Notes under the pieces: generated by a model
What the model was told of the DNA's origin: nothing
The model's input: only the letters and a program-made list of their open reading frames with translations
Database searches by the model: none
Made by a program: the position numbers and the translations under genes
Shown: one piece after another, positions 12,150 to 22,275 of the stretch
Position numbering within the stretch: position 1 is the first letter of the stretch
Layout: each line of letters begins with the position of its first letter
NCBI GenBank assembly: GCA_964035545.1
Contig: OZ037768.1
Coordinates: forward strand, 19,017,700 to 19,081,699
Length of the DNA: 64,000 nucleotides
Source of the DNA: Bugula neritina
Taxonomy: Eukaryota; Animalia; Bryozoa
Direction: 5' to 3'

Positions 12150-12500
12150 ATTTCCAAGCAAAAATCGAAGCATGTCAGCAAAGTCACAAACAAGGAAACT
12201 CTTCAACGCAGGTCTACCATCAATGGCTGATACACTGATAGAAAAGGGACTTCCGTGGCTGGGCCACGTACATAAAACGAATAAAGAACGCCTACCCAGG
12301 CAGCTACTGTATTTTCAACTCTGTGGAGGCAAAAGGAATCATGGTAGACTATGACTGTAATTCAAAGATGATGCTAAGCGCAACATGAAGTAGAGAGAGA
12401 GAGACAAACACAGAAAGATGGCAAGCAGCAAACAGAGTGGTGTGGAGAGCTGCCGTCAAGCCTTAAGCATAGAACAGTCAGTCAAATCGACCGACTGCAG
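12150..12500 (+). mobile_element. Degenerate 3' fragment of a non-LTR retrotransposon (RTE-like LINE ORF2 C-terminus)
   Basis: LPSMADTLIEKGLPWLGHVHK...ERLPRQLLY...GKRNHGR then stops, FKD, and WRAAV; typical RT C-terminal WLGHV/RLP/GR motifs. Confidence 0.75.
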
Positions 12501-14592
12501 AGAGAAAGAGAGATAATAGAACCCAGGGAGCAGTAAACTAGCAGCGATATCACCAAAAATAGACAACCCACATCTAATCAACAATCTGCCAGTGACAGAC
12601 CAAGAAGAGAGAAGAAAACTTCTGCTCACCTTTTTCATTACTATTAGTCTCTCACAGAAGCTTACACCTACTATGCTTACAACCCATGCACAATACTCCT
12701 TATACTAAACACATATGAAGAAGCTTTTAACTCTCAAGATTCTACAACGGATAGAAAGCTACCACGACATAGAAATATCTGCATTCAATAATAATATATG
12801 AACATTCAAGACCTGTAATACGTGTAGAGCGTGAAGAAACCACAGAAAAATGGGTGTATATCGTAAAACAAGGAATACAAGCTGATCAAACACAATGTAA
12901 AACTAGATAAGAGGCGCAAGGTTACTCACATCTATACGCACGCTTTTACAAAAAGCTATAATTGAAAACCGGTATCTACAAGAACTACATGTTAAAGGGG
13001 CGTATTTCAACACTCTAATCAACAACCACTTGACTATGAGAAATCTAATGCAGGTACAAACATAATTCACACATCATCTCAACAAATTACCATATAGCTT
13101 AAAACATATTAGTTGGAACTAGCATACCACATTTACCAACTATGTATCCTAAATCCATTGAATATACTGCTGGTGATGTTGACCCCTGTATGTACAACAT
13201 GGATTCTGATAAAAATCCTCATTTCATTCTGAGCAGACGATAGTATTGGCAGCAACAACCAACAGCTTATCACTAATCCAATCAAACGCCACATGAAATA
13301 TTGGTTTCTGAGTATAGACTTCAAATGTCTAGAGAATGGAGATTACTAAATGATTCAAGAATGGTATGCCGAGTCCATCTTGAGATGCTATCAAATAACT
13401 GCTGGTTTTCTGTATTATTTTCTGTTTCAGCCATTAAAACAATATTCAAATATAAAACTGATTTCTTTTATTACCATTAAATAACCCTTCATAATAAATG
13501 GTGAAATCACAGCAAAAGCTTTCTAACTCAATACTATGTTGTTGTACAACCTAATTGTGGAAATGAAATTTTTCTGTAGGCTGACTATATAGGCCATAAT
13601 GAAAGTTACAAAGCAAACTTGCAACTTGCAGAAGTTTACTTACATGAGCAATCCTAACCACAAAAACTCAACAGACAGTACGCATCAACTAGGTGTTTAC
13701 AAAAGTGGTGACAAATATATAATGGAAAAAAAGGGGGAGGAGCACCAACAGTGAAGAAGGACTAATAGTCAATGATGCATAAGCAGCCTAGGTATTCTAT
13801 TTTTTAAACTTGGCTATCCTTTGTTACAAACCCTAGAAATATGCGGCACTTGAGCGTAATTCAAAAATACCTAAAAAAAGGCCAAGCGGCAAATAATTAA
13901 GAATCTGCACGAACAACATGCAGATTGACATTATTGGCTCAAGCTGATTCTCCAGATGCTTAAAATCTGACTGAACATGTAATTGATCCAATTTTAAGCC
14001 ATGCTGATCAAAGATTGATACAAATTTATAAGGTTAACCTCAAAGTTTTTTGATGCAAGAGATCTTGTGCCACAATGGAGTCAAGGCTGGGTGTGGCCCA
14101 AAAGATTAGGTTTAAGTTTTGTGGCTTAGATAGTTAAAGATCACATTTGTAGGCAGTCACATAAAAACAAAACTCTGACTGAATGCTCATGATGAGTATT
14201 GAGTCAGTACTTTATAGCACTACTAGTTAGTGATAAAGACGAGACAACCTGATTCGCCTTGCCTAGGAAGGCTGATCCTGACAAGCCATATTCATATTGA
14301 TATTCATATTAATCTATAAACTGATTTTTCAGTGACCATAAATGTAACACTAACTACAGTGACATCTTGCATGATTCACAGTTGTTTTAAGGAGTTATTT
14401 GTTTAAAATCAGCAACTATACAACATGATTGGTATTGCATAACTAATAAGTCATAGCTAAGGATATAACATTTTCAAAGCCAGGTGTTGGGCTTGATGCT
14501 AGAGACGTATTCGCAAGGCTAAGCTAAAGCTTACGCCACTTAACTTTATTGCGTTAGTAATAGTTGGATCACTAAACTTGATGGGGTACTGG

Positions 14593-14897
14593 TGTGGTGG
14601 CTCGTGGAGCTACCAGCAACACAATACGCAAGGTTGCGTATTGACCTGGAACAATGTATTAGCCAATTAGCTAAGCTGTTTTATAAGTAATAGTAGCCGC
14701 TTCGCGCTACTAGCTCAGTTGAGGATAGTGCTGTAAACTAAATAGACGTGCGTATCATTACTGTTGTACATTGGATTTTTATTATGTATTCTTGTATTAA
14801 ATATAACGATATCTACTCGACTTAACTGGTGAAGTTTCTCTAGTGTGAAATAGACTCTCTTGGTGGCACATCAACCCTAAATCTGAAAAATATAACA
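14593..14897 (+). repeat. 5' LTR of Gypsy element 1
   Basis: Direct repeat of 21733-22037; single mismatch 14647 T vs 21787 C. Confidence 0.97.
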
Positions 14898-14898
14898 G

Positions 14899-14916
14899 TG
14901 GTGGCAGCGGTGGGAT
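14899..14916 (+). promoter_or_regulatory. Primer binding site (tRNA-Leu type) of element 1
   Basis: TGGTGGCAGCGGTGGGAT 1 nt after the LTR, complementary to the tRNA-Leu 3' end ATCCCACCGCTGCCA+CCA. Confidence 0.85.
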
Positions 14917-14930
14917 AGTGTATATCAAAG

Positions 14931-15797
14931 ATGGAGACTGAAAATGCTAGAATGCAACCACCCCCAGTAGAAGGTGAGCGTAGAAATGCTGTTAATCCTG
15001 TGAATCGTGAAGGAGAAGAAGCTTATAGACATTGCTTGAAAGCTCCCACCTTTACTGGGTCGGAAGATGTCGAACAATTTATACAAGAATTTAGAGAGGT
15101 AATGGAAGTTGCTCAATGGCCGCATAGAGTGGCCCTTATCAAATTGCGGAGGGCAGTGACGGAGCAAGCCAAGCCGTACGGAGTGGGAACGGACGTAGAC
15201 GGCATACTGGCTGCGCTGCGGGCCCGTTTTGGCACCTCCGTCATAGACGCTAGGACCAAGCTGGAGAGATTGTGCCGCACCCCGCGGACCTCGCTGCAAG
15301 AACATGCCGCGACGGTGAAGAAGCTGGCACAGATTGCATATAGCGATCTGCCAGCACAACACCAAGAGCGTTACACCTATGACGCCTTTGTCCAGTCCCT
15401 AAACGACCTGGGCCTAGACCATCACCTAAGAGCTAAAGGGATAACCAGAATAGAGGATGCCCTGAAGGCTGGAGAAGCTTACCTGTTGGCTACCCAAATG
15501 CATCGAGCACAGCGGAACCCACCAGTAGTTGGAGTCAGCGCTGCTCGGGCTACGACAGGCTCCGAAGCCCTCCCGCTGGAAGCCGAAGTGGACCGTATGG
15601 TAGAGATGCTGGGACAATTGGTAACCATTCTGGCCGGTGCTGGCCCCGGTCAGGCCTTGCGGATGCCCCCAACACCTGTGGGGCAAGGCTGGAGTAGCGC
15701 TGATCAGGACCAGGGACAGAAAGGACGACCCCAACACCAGGGGGCGTTAAACTGTCACGGCCCGCGGACACTCTCCCTCCCCGCGAGCCGCAACTAA
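14931..15797 (+). CDS. gag: Gag of Gypsy element 1 (no CCHC knuckle)
   Basis: 288 aa ORF after the PBS; capsid-type APTFTGSEDVEQFIQEF...W motif. Confidence 0.9.
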   Translation: METENARMQPPPVEGERRNAVNPVNREGEEAYRHCLKAPTFTGSEDVEQFIQEFREVMEVAQWPHRVALIKLRRAVTEQAKPYGVGTDVDGILAALRARFGTSVIDARTKLERLCRTPRTSLQEHAATVKKLAQIAYSDLPAQHQERYTYDAFVQSLNDLGLDHHLRAKGITRIEDALKAGEAYLLATQMHRAQRNPPVVGVSAARATTGSEALPLEAEVDRMVEMLGQLVTILAGAGPGQALRMPPTPVGQGWSSADQDQGQKGRPQHQGALNCHGPRTLSLPASRN

Positions 15798-16101
15798 AGG
15801 AGTATGGTGGAACACGCCGTCGTCTGTCCGTACGGACACGGCGGAACATTCTACCCGAGTGGCAGGTACCACGCAGGACTAGTAGGCCCGCACAACGGCC
15901 CAGTACCTTTTCCCTGCCACTCGCTAACCGGTTTCACCGGTTACCTCGGGAGGAGGAGCCCGCCACTGAAATGGAGCCAGAAGGCCCAGTGGAGAGGCCC
16001 AAACCCCGCCGGCACCAACCTCGCCGCCGGAAGCCCCGTAAACCACGGGTGAAACCCCCGCCGTCCTGTCAAACCAGGACAGCACATGCGGGGGGGGGGG
16101 G

Positions 16102-19100
16102 GTGAAAGTACAACCACATGGAGAGAGCTATTTCCTACCTGGAAAGGTGGCCGGCAACGCCGTCACTTTCCTGCTCGACTCCGGTTGTACTACCAACCTT
16201 CTCAGCCGTAGAGTCTTTGAGGCACTGCCCCGCCGGGACAGGGATAGAGTACGACCGTATACTGGAGAACATGGCACCTTGGCAGACGGGTCATGTATCC
16301 CCTTTTATGGTATTATCGAGCTCCCTGGGCGTGTCCGAGATCAGGCTGTACAGGAGACCTTTATCATAGGTCAACTGGAGGAAGATGCTATCCTCGGCAT
16401 GCCCTTCTTGAAGCAACACCAGTGCCGAATAGATTTTAGTAAGTCGGTGGTGCTGATGGGCGGGCGAGAACTCGCCTGTGTGGATAAGTTTGGGCGTCCT
16501 CTGGTGGGCGGTGTTCAGGTAGTTCGGAACTGCACCGTACCCGGACGCTCCAGAGCTACTATCCACTGCCGAGTGAACAGCAACCGGATAGCCAGGCTCG
16601 GGGTCGTTGAAAGCGCGCACGAAAAGATCCAACTCGCCAGTAGTTTAAACCGACTAACTGAGCGAGGGGAGGTCTTAGTGCAGTGCGTCAACCCCTTTAC
16701 CGAGCCCATTGAGCTCCCAGCTGGGTCAATGCTGGGTCGGTTCCATTCCGTCCAGGAAGAGGACGTGGGCCCGTCGCTGGGTGACGCGACGGAGGCACCC
16801 CCTCGACACCCTATTCAGGGACGAGGGGCAGTCCCGACACATCTCCGGGAGTTATACGAAACAGCCAGTGGCGGCTGCGCGAGTAACAGAGAACGCCAAG
16901 CTATGGCCAAGTTACTACGCGACTACGGTGATGTGTTCAGCAGCGGGGAGAATGACGTGGGACTGACTGGAATTGTCAGACACGAAATACCGCTGACTGC
17001 AGGGACAGTCCCTGTCCGGCAGCCCACGCGCAGGCTGGGGCCGGAGAAAGAGAAGGAGGTTAGCCGACAAGTACGGGATCTTCTGGACCGGGGACTGATA
17101 GAGCCCGCCCATAGTGCGTGGAGCTCGCCAGTCGTACTGGTCCGGAAGAAAGACGGCAGTTGGCGGTTCTGTGTGGACTACCGCAAACTCAATAGCGTAA
17201 CCATACAGGACGCCTACCCTCTACCTCGTATTGACGAGTCATTGGACGCCCTAGCCGGCAGCAAGTACTTCAGTACGTTAGACTTGCTAAGCGGCTATTG
17301 GCAGGTTCCTCTGAGTCCCGACGCCCAGGAGAAAGCGGCGTTTATCACACGGGACGATTTGTGGAAGTGGAAGGTGCTGCCCTTCGGGTTAACCTCCGCC
17401 CCAGCCACCTTCCAGAGGCTGATGGAACAAGTCCTTAGCGGACTCCATTGGAAGACACTGCTGGTCTACCTCGATGATGTCATCGTAATCTCTCCAGACT
17501 TCGAGACACATGTCAGTCGTCTGCAGGAGGTTTTCGAGAGACTCCGAGGTGCCGGTCTTAAGCTCAAACCTTCCAAGTGCGCTCTATTGCAGCCGGAGGT
17601 CAAGTACCTGGGGCACGTTGTCGGTCGAAACGGCGTGGCAACGGATCCCGAAAAGGTACGGGCAGTAGAAGACTGGGTCACCCCCCAAGACTTGACCGGA
17701 CTCCGGGCTTTCTTGGGGCTGGTAGGGTATTACAGGCAATACATACCAGACTTTGCGGGCATAGCCCAGCCGTTAAACCGGCTTACCGCAAAGGGAGTGA
17801 CGTGGCAGTGGACTCCAGTCGAACAAGAAGCGTTCGACCGCCTCAAGGGCTGCCTCCTAACGGCGCCCATCTTGGCCTACCCAGACCCCACTCTGGAGTA
17901 CATCCTAGACACAGACGCCAGTGACCAGAATGTTGGCGCTGTGCTGTCGCAAGTGCAGGAAGGCCGAGAAGTAGTAGTAGCCTACTACAGCAAGTCTCTC
18001 TCCCCCGCTGAACGAAATTACTGCACTACCCGCAAGGAGCTGCTGGCAGTAATCAAGTCAGTGAAGCACTTCAGACCATACCTATATGGCAGGAAGTTCC
18101 GGCTGCGTACGGATCATGCCTCGCTGATCTGGTTGTGCAGGAGAGCAGAGCCCTCCAGTCAGGTCGCCCGGTGGCTCGAAATCCTAGCTGAATTCTCGTA
18201 CCGGATCGAACACCGACCGGGCAAGAGACACAGCAATGCAGATGGGTTGAGTCGCCGACCTGACGGAGGTTGCAAACAGTGTCTCAACATCGAGAGGAGG
18301 GATGGAGGTCCCCCACGATGCGAGTTGGAGACGCTGGCTCATCACGGAGCACCGTTTGACTGGGATCAAGGTCAACTCAGGCAAAGAGTTGATGAGTCCC
18401 CGGAGGATGTACAAAACCTCCGCGCCAACCCTGTACTGGCCGGTAATGTTCGAGAGCTGAAGAAGCTCCAAGAAGAGCTGCCGGGAGTCGTGGCAGACAT
18501 CTACCGGGCCAAAAGGGAAGGGCGACGACCCAGCGAGGAACGCATACGACAGGGATGCGCCGAGTTCCGGCTATACTGTCAGCGTTGGGACTCGCTGCGG
18601 ATCGGGCAGGATGGGTTGCTAACCATCTCTCTAGCTGCCAGCGGCAGACACCCGGAAAGGAAGAGGGTAGTCTGCCCCACAGCCATCCGCCGTGAGTTGA
18701 TTTGGGATACTCACAAGCAGGCCCACGCAGGGGTCAAGCGAGTGATATCCAAATTACGACTCCGGTGGTATTGGCCGCAGATGGAGCGTGACGTCCGGCT
18801 CAGAGTCAAACAGTGTGAGATCTGCCAGGCCAGTAAGCATAGCCGCCCCCCTGGTGAAGCAGGACGGCGGAGGCTATATGCTGGTAGGCCCTGGCAAGTG
18901 GTCGCTGTAGACCTGGTCGGACCCATGCCCCTGACCCCCAGAGGCAATAATTGGATCCTAGTACTAACCGACCACTTTACTAGGTGGGCGGATGCTCTGG
19001 CTATCCCAGATGCATCAGCCCCAACAGTGGCCAGGGCACTAGACCAACATGTATTCTGTTATTTTGGGCTTCCCGAACAGATACACTCTGATCAAGGCGC

Positions 19101-20376
19101 TCAATTCCAGTCTCAACTGATGAGCGACCTTTGCCACCTCTGGGGAGTAAATCAGAGCAGGACCACCCCCTACCACCCTCAAGGTAACGGGGTGGTGGAG
19201 CGCAACAACCGGATGCTAGGTGATGCGCTCCGGAGTCTCCTCCTTGGACGAGGTCAAGAGGAATGGGATACGATTTTGCCGCAAGTCATGCGTGCATACC
19301 GTAGCACCCCACACACCAGTACTGGTGAGACCCCAAACCTCTTGATGCTCGGGAGAGAGACTCGTGTCCCTGACCATCTCACCTATCACGTTCCAGAGCA
19401 GGATAACTCAGTCCATGAGTATGCCAGTGAACTAGTGGAACGGATGAAGGCCGCACACGAGATACTGCGTCAACAACAGTGGAAGGTGCGGCACGAAGAT
19501 TCCGATGAACCACCCCTCTATCAAAGAGGAGATAAGGTGTGGATGGTCAATTACCGTAGGCGCCGCGGACAGGCTGATAAGCTGAAGCCTAAGTTCGTAG
19601 GCCCCTACGTGGTCGTCGAGGCTATGCCCAATCATACGTACAAGATTGAGCGCTCAGGACAGGTGTCTATCCAGAATGAGTCTCGCTTGAAACCGTATTG
19701 GGCTAGCCCTGACGGAGTGGGAGAAGCCCCCCCGTTGTTAGAGCCCAGGAGGCAGACAACGACGCGCGGGCGACGGCGGCATGGACCTGAATACGAAGTG
19801 GTCATACCGCGGGAGGAAAACTTGGTGAGAGAGGAGCGGCAGCTTTTGTCAACAGAAGCGTGTCCGCCACCGCCAAGTCTTATTCCATCACTTCCAGAAA
19901 CCGAGCCGGTTCCGGAAGTGCAAACCCCCACGGAGGGAGGGGCTCCATCCGGAGAACAAGAAGAGGTGACCACTAACGGTGAAGTAGAGACGCCATTAGA
20001 GGCCCCTACTAACGAACCGGCAAGCGTGTCACCCCCCCTAGAAAGGGGACAGCGTACGAGGAAGCCCCCACCGTATTTGAAAGACTTCATATGTGACTGC
20101 ATTAGAAGCGGCGCACATGAAAGTCTAGGGGAAAACCGTACGATAAAATGTTGGAGTTGTGAACCCCACGCAAATATCAACTTTTGCGAGGGCGGAATAG
20201 TGGGAGGAATTAATGCGCGTAAAGCAAATAGTTCCGACCTCGTGCCTCAGAAACGATGCTCAGCCTTTTCTTATGCTGACATCGCCAAAGGCAGACGTAT
20301 CTCGCAACCAGCTCCAACCTTACCAAGAACGTTGAGTATGGACATTAATACCGAGTTCCCAGGTAAGCCAGTATAA
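16102..20376 (+). CDS. pol: Pol polyprotein of element 1 (protease, RT, RNase H, integrase)
   Basis: LLDSGC, WRFCVDYRKLN, YLDD, TDAS, HHCC, DDE integrase, GPY. Confidence 0.97.
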   Translation: MKVQPHGESYFLPGKVAGNAVTFLLDSGCTTNLLSRRVFEALPRRDRDRVRPYTGEHGTLADGSCIPFYGIIELPGRVRDQAVQETFIIGQLEEDAILGMPFLKQHQCRIDFSKSVVLMGGRELACVDKFGRPLVGGVQVVRNCTVPGRSRATIHCRVNSNRIARLGVVESAHEKIQLASSLNRLTERGEVLVQCVNPFTEPIELPAGSMLGRFHSVQEEDVGPSLGDATEAPPRHPIQGRGAVPTHLRELYETASGGCASNRERQAMAKLLRDYGDVFSSGENDVGLTGIVRHEIPLTAGTVPVRQPTRRLGPEKEKEVSRQVRDLLDRGLIEPAHSAWSSPVVLVRKKDGSWRFCVDYRKLNSVTIQDAYPLPRIDESLDALAGSKYFSTLDLLSGYWQVPLSPDAQEKAAFITRDDLWKWKVLPFGLTSAPATFQRLMEQVLSGLHWKTLLVYLDDVIVISPDFETHVSRLQEVFERLRGAGLKLKPSKCALLQPEVKYLGHVVGRNGVATDPEKVRAVEDWVTPQDLTGLRAFLGLVGYYRQYIPDFAGIAQPLNRLTAKGVTWQWTPVEQEAFDRLKGCLLTAPILAYPDPTLEYILDTDASDQNVGAVLSQVQEGREVVVAYYSKSLSPAERNYCTTRKELLAVIKSVKHFRPYLYGRKFRLRTDHASLIWLCRRAEPSSQVARWLEILAEFSYRIEHRPGKRHSNADGLSRRPDGGCKQCLNIERRDGGPPRCELETLAHHGAPFDWDQGQLRQRVDESPEDVQNLRANPVLAGNVRELKKLQEELPGVVADIYRAKREGRRPSEERIRQGCAEFRLYCQRWDSLRIGQDGLLTISLAASGRHPERKRVVCPTAIRRELIWDTHKQAHAGVKRVISKLRLRWYWPQMERDVRLRVKQCEICQASKHSRPPGEAGRRRLYAGRPWQVVAVDLVGPMPLTPRGNNWILVLTDHFTRWADALAIPDASAPTVARALDQHVFCYFGLPEQIHSDQGAQFQSQLMSDLCHLWGVNQSRTTPYHPQGNGVVERNNRMLGDALRSLLLGRGQEEWDTILPQVMRAYRSTPHTSTGETPNLLMLGRETRVPDHLTYHVPEQDNSVHEYASELVERMKAAHEILRQQQWKVRHEDSDEPPLYQRGDKVWMVNYRRRRGQADKLKPKFVGPYVVVEAMPNHTYKIERSGQVSIQNESRLKPYWASPDGVGEAPPLLEPRRQTTTRGRRRHGPEYEVVIPREENLVREERQLLSTEACPPPPSLIPSLPETEPVPEVQTPTEGGAPSGEQEEVTTNGEVETPLEAPTNEPASVSPPLERGQRTRKPPPYLKDFICDCIRSGAHESLGENRTIKCWSCEPHANINFCEGGIVGGINARKANSSDLVPQKRCSAFSYADIAKGRRISQPAPTLPRTLSMDINTEFPGKPV

Positions 20377-20393
20377 GTCTTGTATTCCTATTC

Positions 20394-21467
20394 ATGGAAA
20401 CGGGCTCGATGCCAGTAGATTCTGAACTAATTCAGCAGATTGAATCAGAATTACTGGGAACCACGTTTCATGTGAATGACGATGAAGACACTGTAATGGC
20501 CGATGGTCTGTTAGACCTGGAGCTAGACACTGTTCTTGGTCAGTCCACACATGATTCATCAGTTCCTCGAGTGCATTCCAAAAGCAGTGACTCTCAGGCT
20601 AGCAACGGTCGACAGTCACTAGAATTAGGTTGTAAAGATCCACCGCGATCTAACACTAATTCTACTTTTGTAGACACACTCGCGCCCGTCTCTCCGGGCA
20701 TGCCTTCTCTAGAGATGGCGTGGGACTCAGAGCCGGCCCCAACAACTTCTACCACCAGGAAACTGCCACCCCAGTTGGAAGCAACCTCCAACTGGATTAC
20801 CCCTGCCACAGAGAGAGAGATCAGGACCCATCAAGGAGGTGAGGGTAATCGTGAATGCAACCTCTGCCAACAGCGATTCACGACCCACCGCAGACTAAAA
20901 GTACACTTGCCGCAACACTACATCACCACTTTCTGCCCTTGCGGAGAATATAGCTACAATCGTGATTACCTGTTGCGGCACCAACGTACTATGCAGTGTT
21001 ATCAAGGGCATGTCTATGAAGTAGACGAATCATCCTATCCTGCTTTTCTCAACGCCATCAAACCACTCATCACTGACTCAGCTCGGCTATCTCGCCTGGA
21101 GCAAGGCTTCCCTTCCCCGCGACCCATCATCTCTGGAGCCGCAGATAAACCTACACAGTCTGCTAACTCTCCACCTCACAGTCCTATACGCATGCCGCAT
21201 ACCTTTCCTCGTGTCGTACTACAGAGAGTAGACACAAATGCGTATACACTCCCTCCTCCTCTTCCATCCTCAGAGCGGAAACGACACAGGCAACCAACTT
21301 CCTCTCGTTCGTCCCCCTGGGCCCGTAACCTACGTGAGGTAGAAGCTAGGGCGCATGACTTGGAGCAAGAAGTGTACAGGCTGGCCCCACGAGTACAGGC
21401 AGCCTCCAGTGAACTCAAATATTTACAGGAGTCTATTAAGCGCATGAAACGTGCGGCCCGCAGTTAA
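20394..21467 (+). CDS. ORF3 of element 1: zinc-finger and coiled-coil protein (not env)
   Basis: 357 aa intact ORF between pol and PPT; CNLC-x12-H-x3-H and CPC-x12-H-x5-C; C-terminal heptad region; no signal peptide or TM segment. Confidence 0.85.
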   Translation: METGSMPVDSELIQQIESELLGTTFHVNDDEDTVMADGLLDLELDTVLGQSTHDSSVPRVHSKSSDSQASNGRQSLELGCKDPPRSNTNSTFVDTLAPVSPGMPSLEMAWDSEPAPTTSTTRKLPPQLEATSNWITPATEREIRTHQGGEGNRECNLCQQRFTTHRRLKVHLPQHYITTFCPCGEYSYNRDYLLRHQRTMQCYQGHVYEVDESSYPAFLNAIKPLITDSARLSRLEQGFPSPRPIISGAADKPTQSANSPPHSPIRMPHTFPRVVLQRVDTNAYTLPPPLPSSERKRHRQPTSSRSSPWARNLREVEARAHDLEQEVYRLAPRVQAASSELKYLQESIKRMKRAARS

Positions 21468-21721
21468 CTCGAGTCTACCTACCACTCCCTACTACTCATT
21501 CCCCTACCTCTCTGTGGCATTCCCTACCGTAATGGTGGCACGTACTCTATATGTAGATAGGACCTTCTCTTGCTTATTACTTAGTGCACGATATATATAC
21601 CTGTATATTTTTTACCAGTTGTTGTTTTTTTTTATATACTTTTACGCTGTTCTCTTATCCCCCAACGAAGTATACGTTTTTTTATGTAAATCTTATTTTA
21701 TCAGAAAGTGGGCTTTCTGCT

Positions 21722-21732
21722 GGAGGGGGCAG
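21722..21732 (+). other. Polypurine tract of element 1
   Basis: ggagggggcag immediately before the 3' LTR. Confidence 0.85.
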
Positions 21733-22037
21733 TGTGGTGGCTCGTGGAGCTACCAGCAACACAATACGCAAGGTTGCGTATTGACCCGGAACAATGTATT
21801 AGCCAATTAGCTAAGCTGTTTTATAAGTAATAGTAGCCGCTTCGCGCTACTAGCTCAGTTGAGGATAGTGCTGTAAACTAAATAGACGTGCGTATCATTA
21901 CTGTTGTACATTGGATTTTTATTATGTATTCTTGTATTAAATATAACGATATCTACTCGACTTAACTGGTGAAGTTTCTCTAGTGTGAAATAGACTCTCT
22001 TGGTGGCACATCAACCCTAAATCTGAAAAATATAACA
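21733..22037 (+). repeat. 3' LTR of Gypsy element 1
   Basis: Direct repeat of 14593-14897, followed by TSD ctgg. Confidence 0.97.
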
Positions 22038-22275
22038 CTGGTACTAGTTTTGAATTTGCAGACCGAGCTTCATTATGGTAATTAATCAATACTTACCAAC
22101 TAAATCCGGGACTCAGCTTTACTTCAAGTTTAAACTTCAGAGTACAAATACTAATAGCTATTATTATTACAACTATGAGTATTACTATTAGTATTAGTCA
22201 ATTCGTTCATTGAGTTTCAGTTTGACTTGGAATGAAACTCAAATCGAATGTATTTACAGTTACTGTTAGTGTTAC

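Larger units (their letters stand above)
14593..22037 (+). mobile_element. Full-length Ty3/Gypsy LTR retrotransposon 1 (gag, pol, extra ORF3)
   Basis: 305-bp TG..CA LTRs differing at 1 nt, 4-bp TSD CTGG, PBS, PPT, PR-RT-RH-IN domain order. Confidence 0.98.

Noticed and set aside
20394-21467. ORF3 as an envelope gene
   Set aside because: No signal peptide or transmembrane segment; has zinc fingers instead
14925-21810. Numerous short antisense and alternate-frame ORFs within the Gypsy elements (also 23489-28495)
   Set aside because: Shadow ORFs of GC-rich gag/pol with no recognisable motifs
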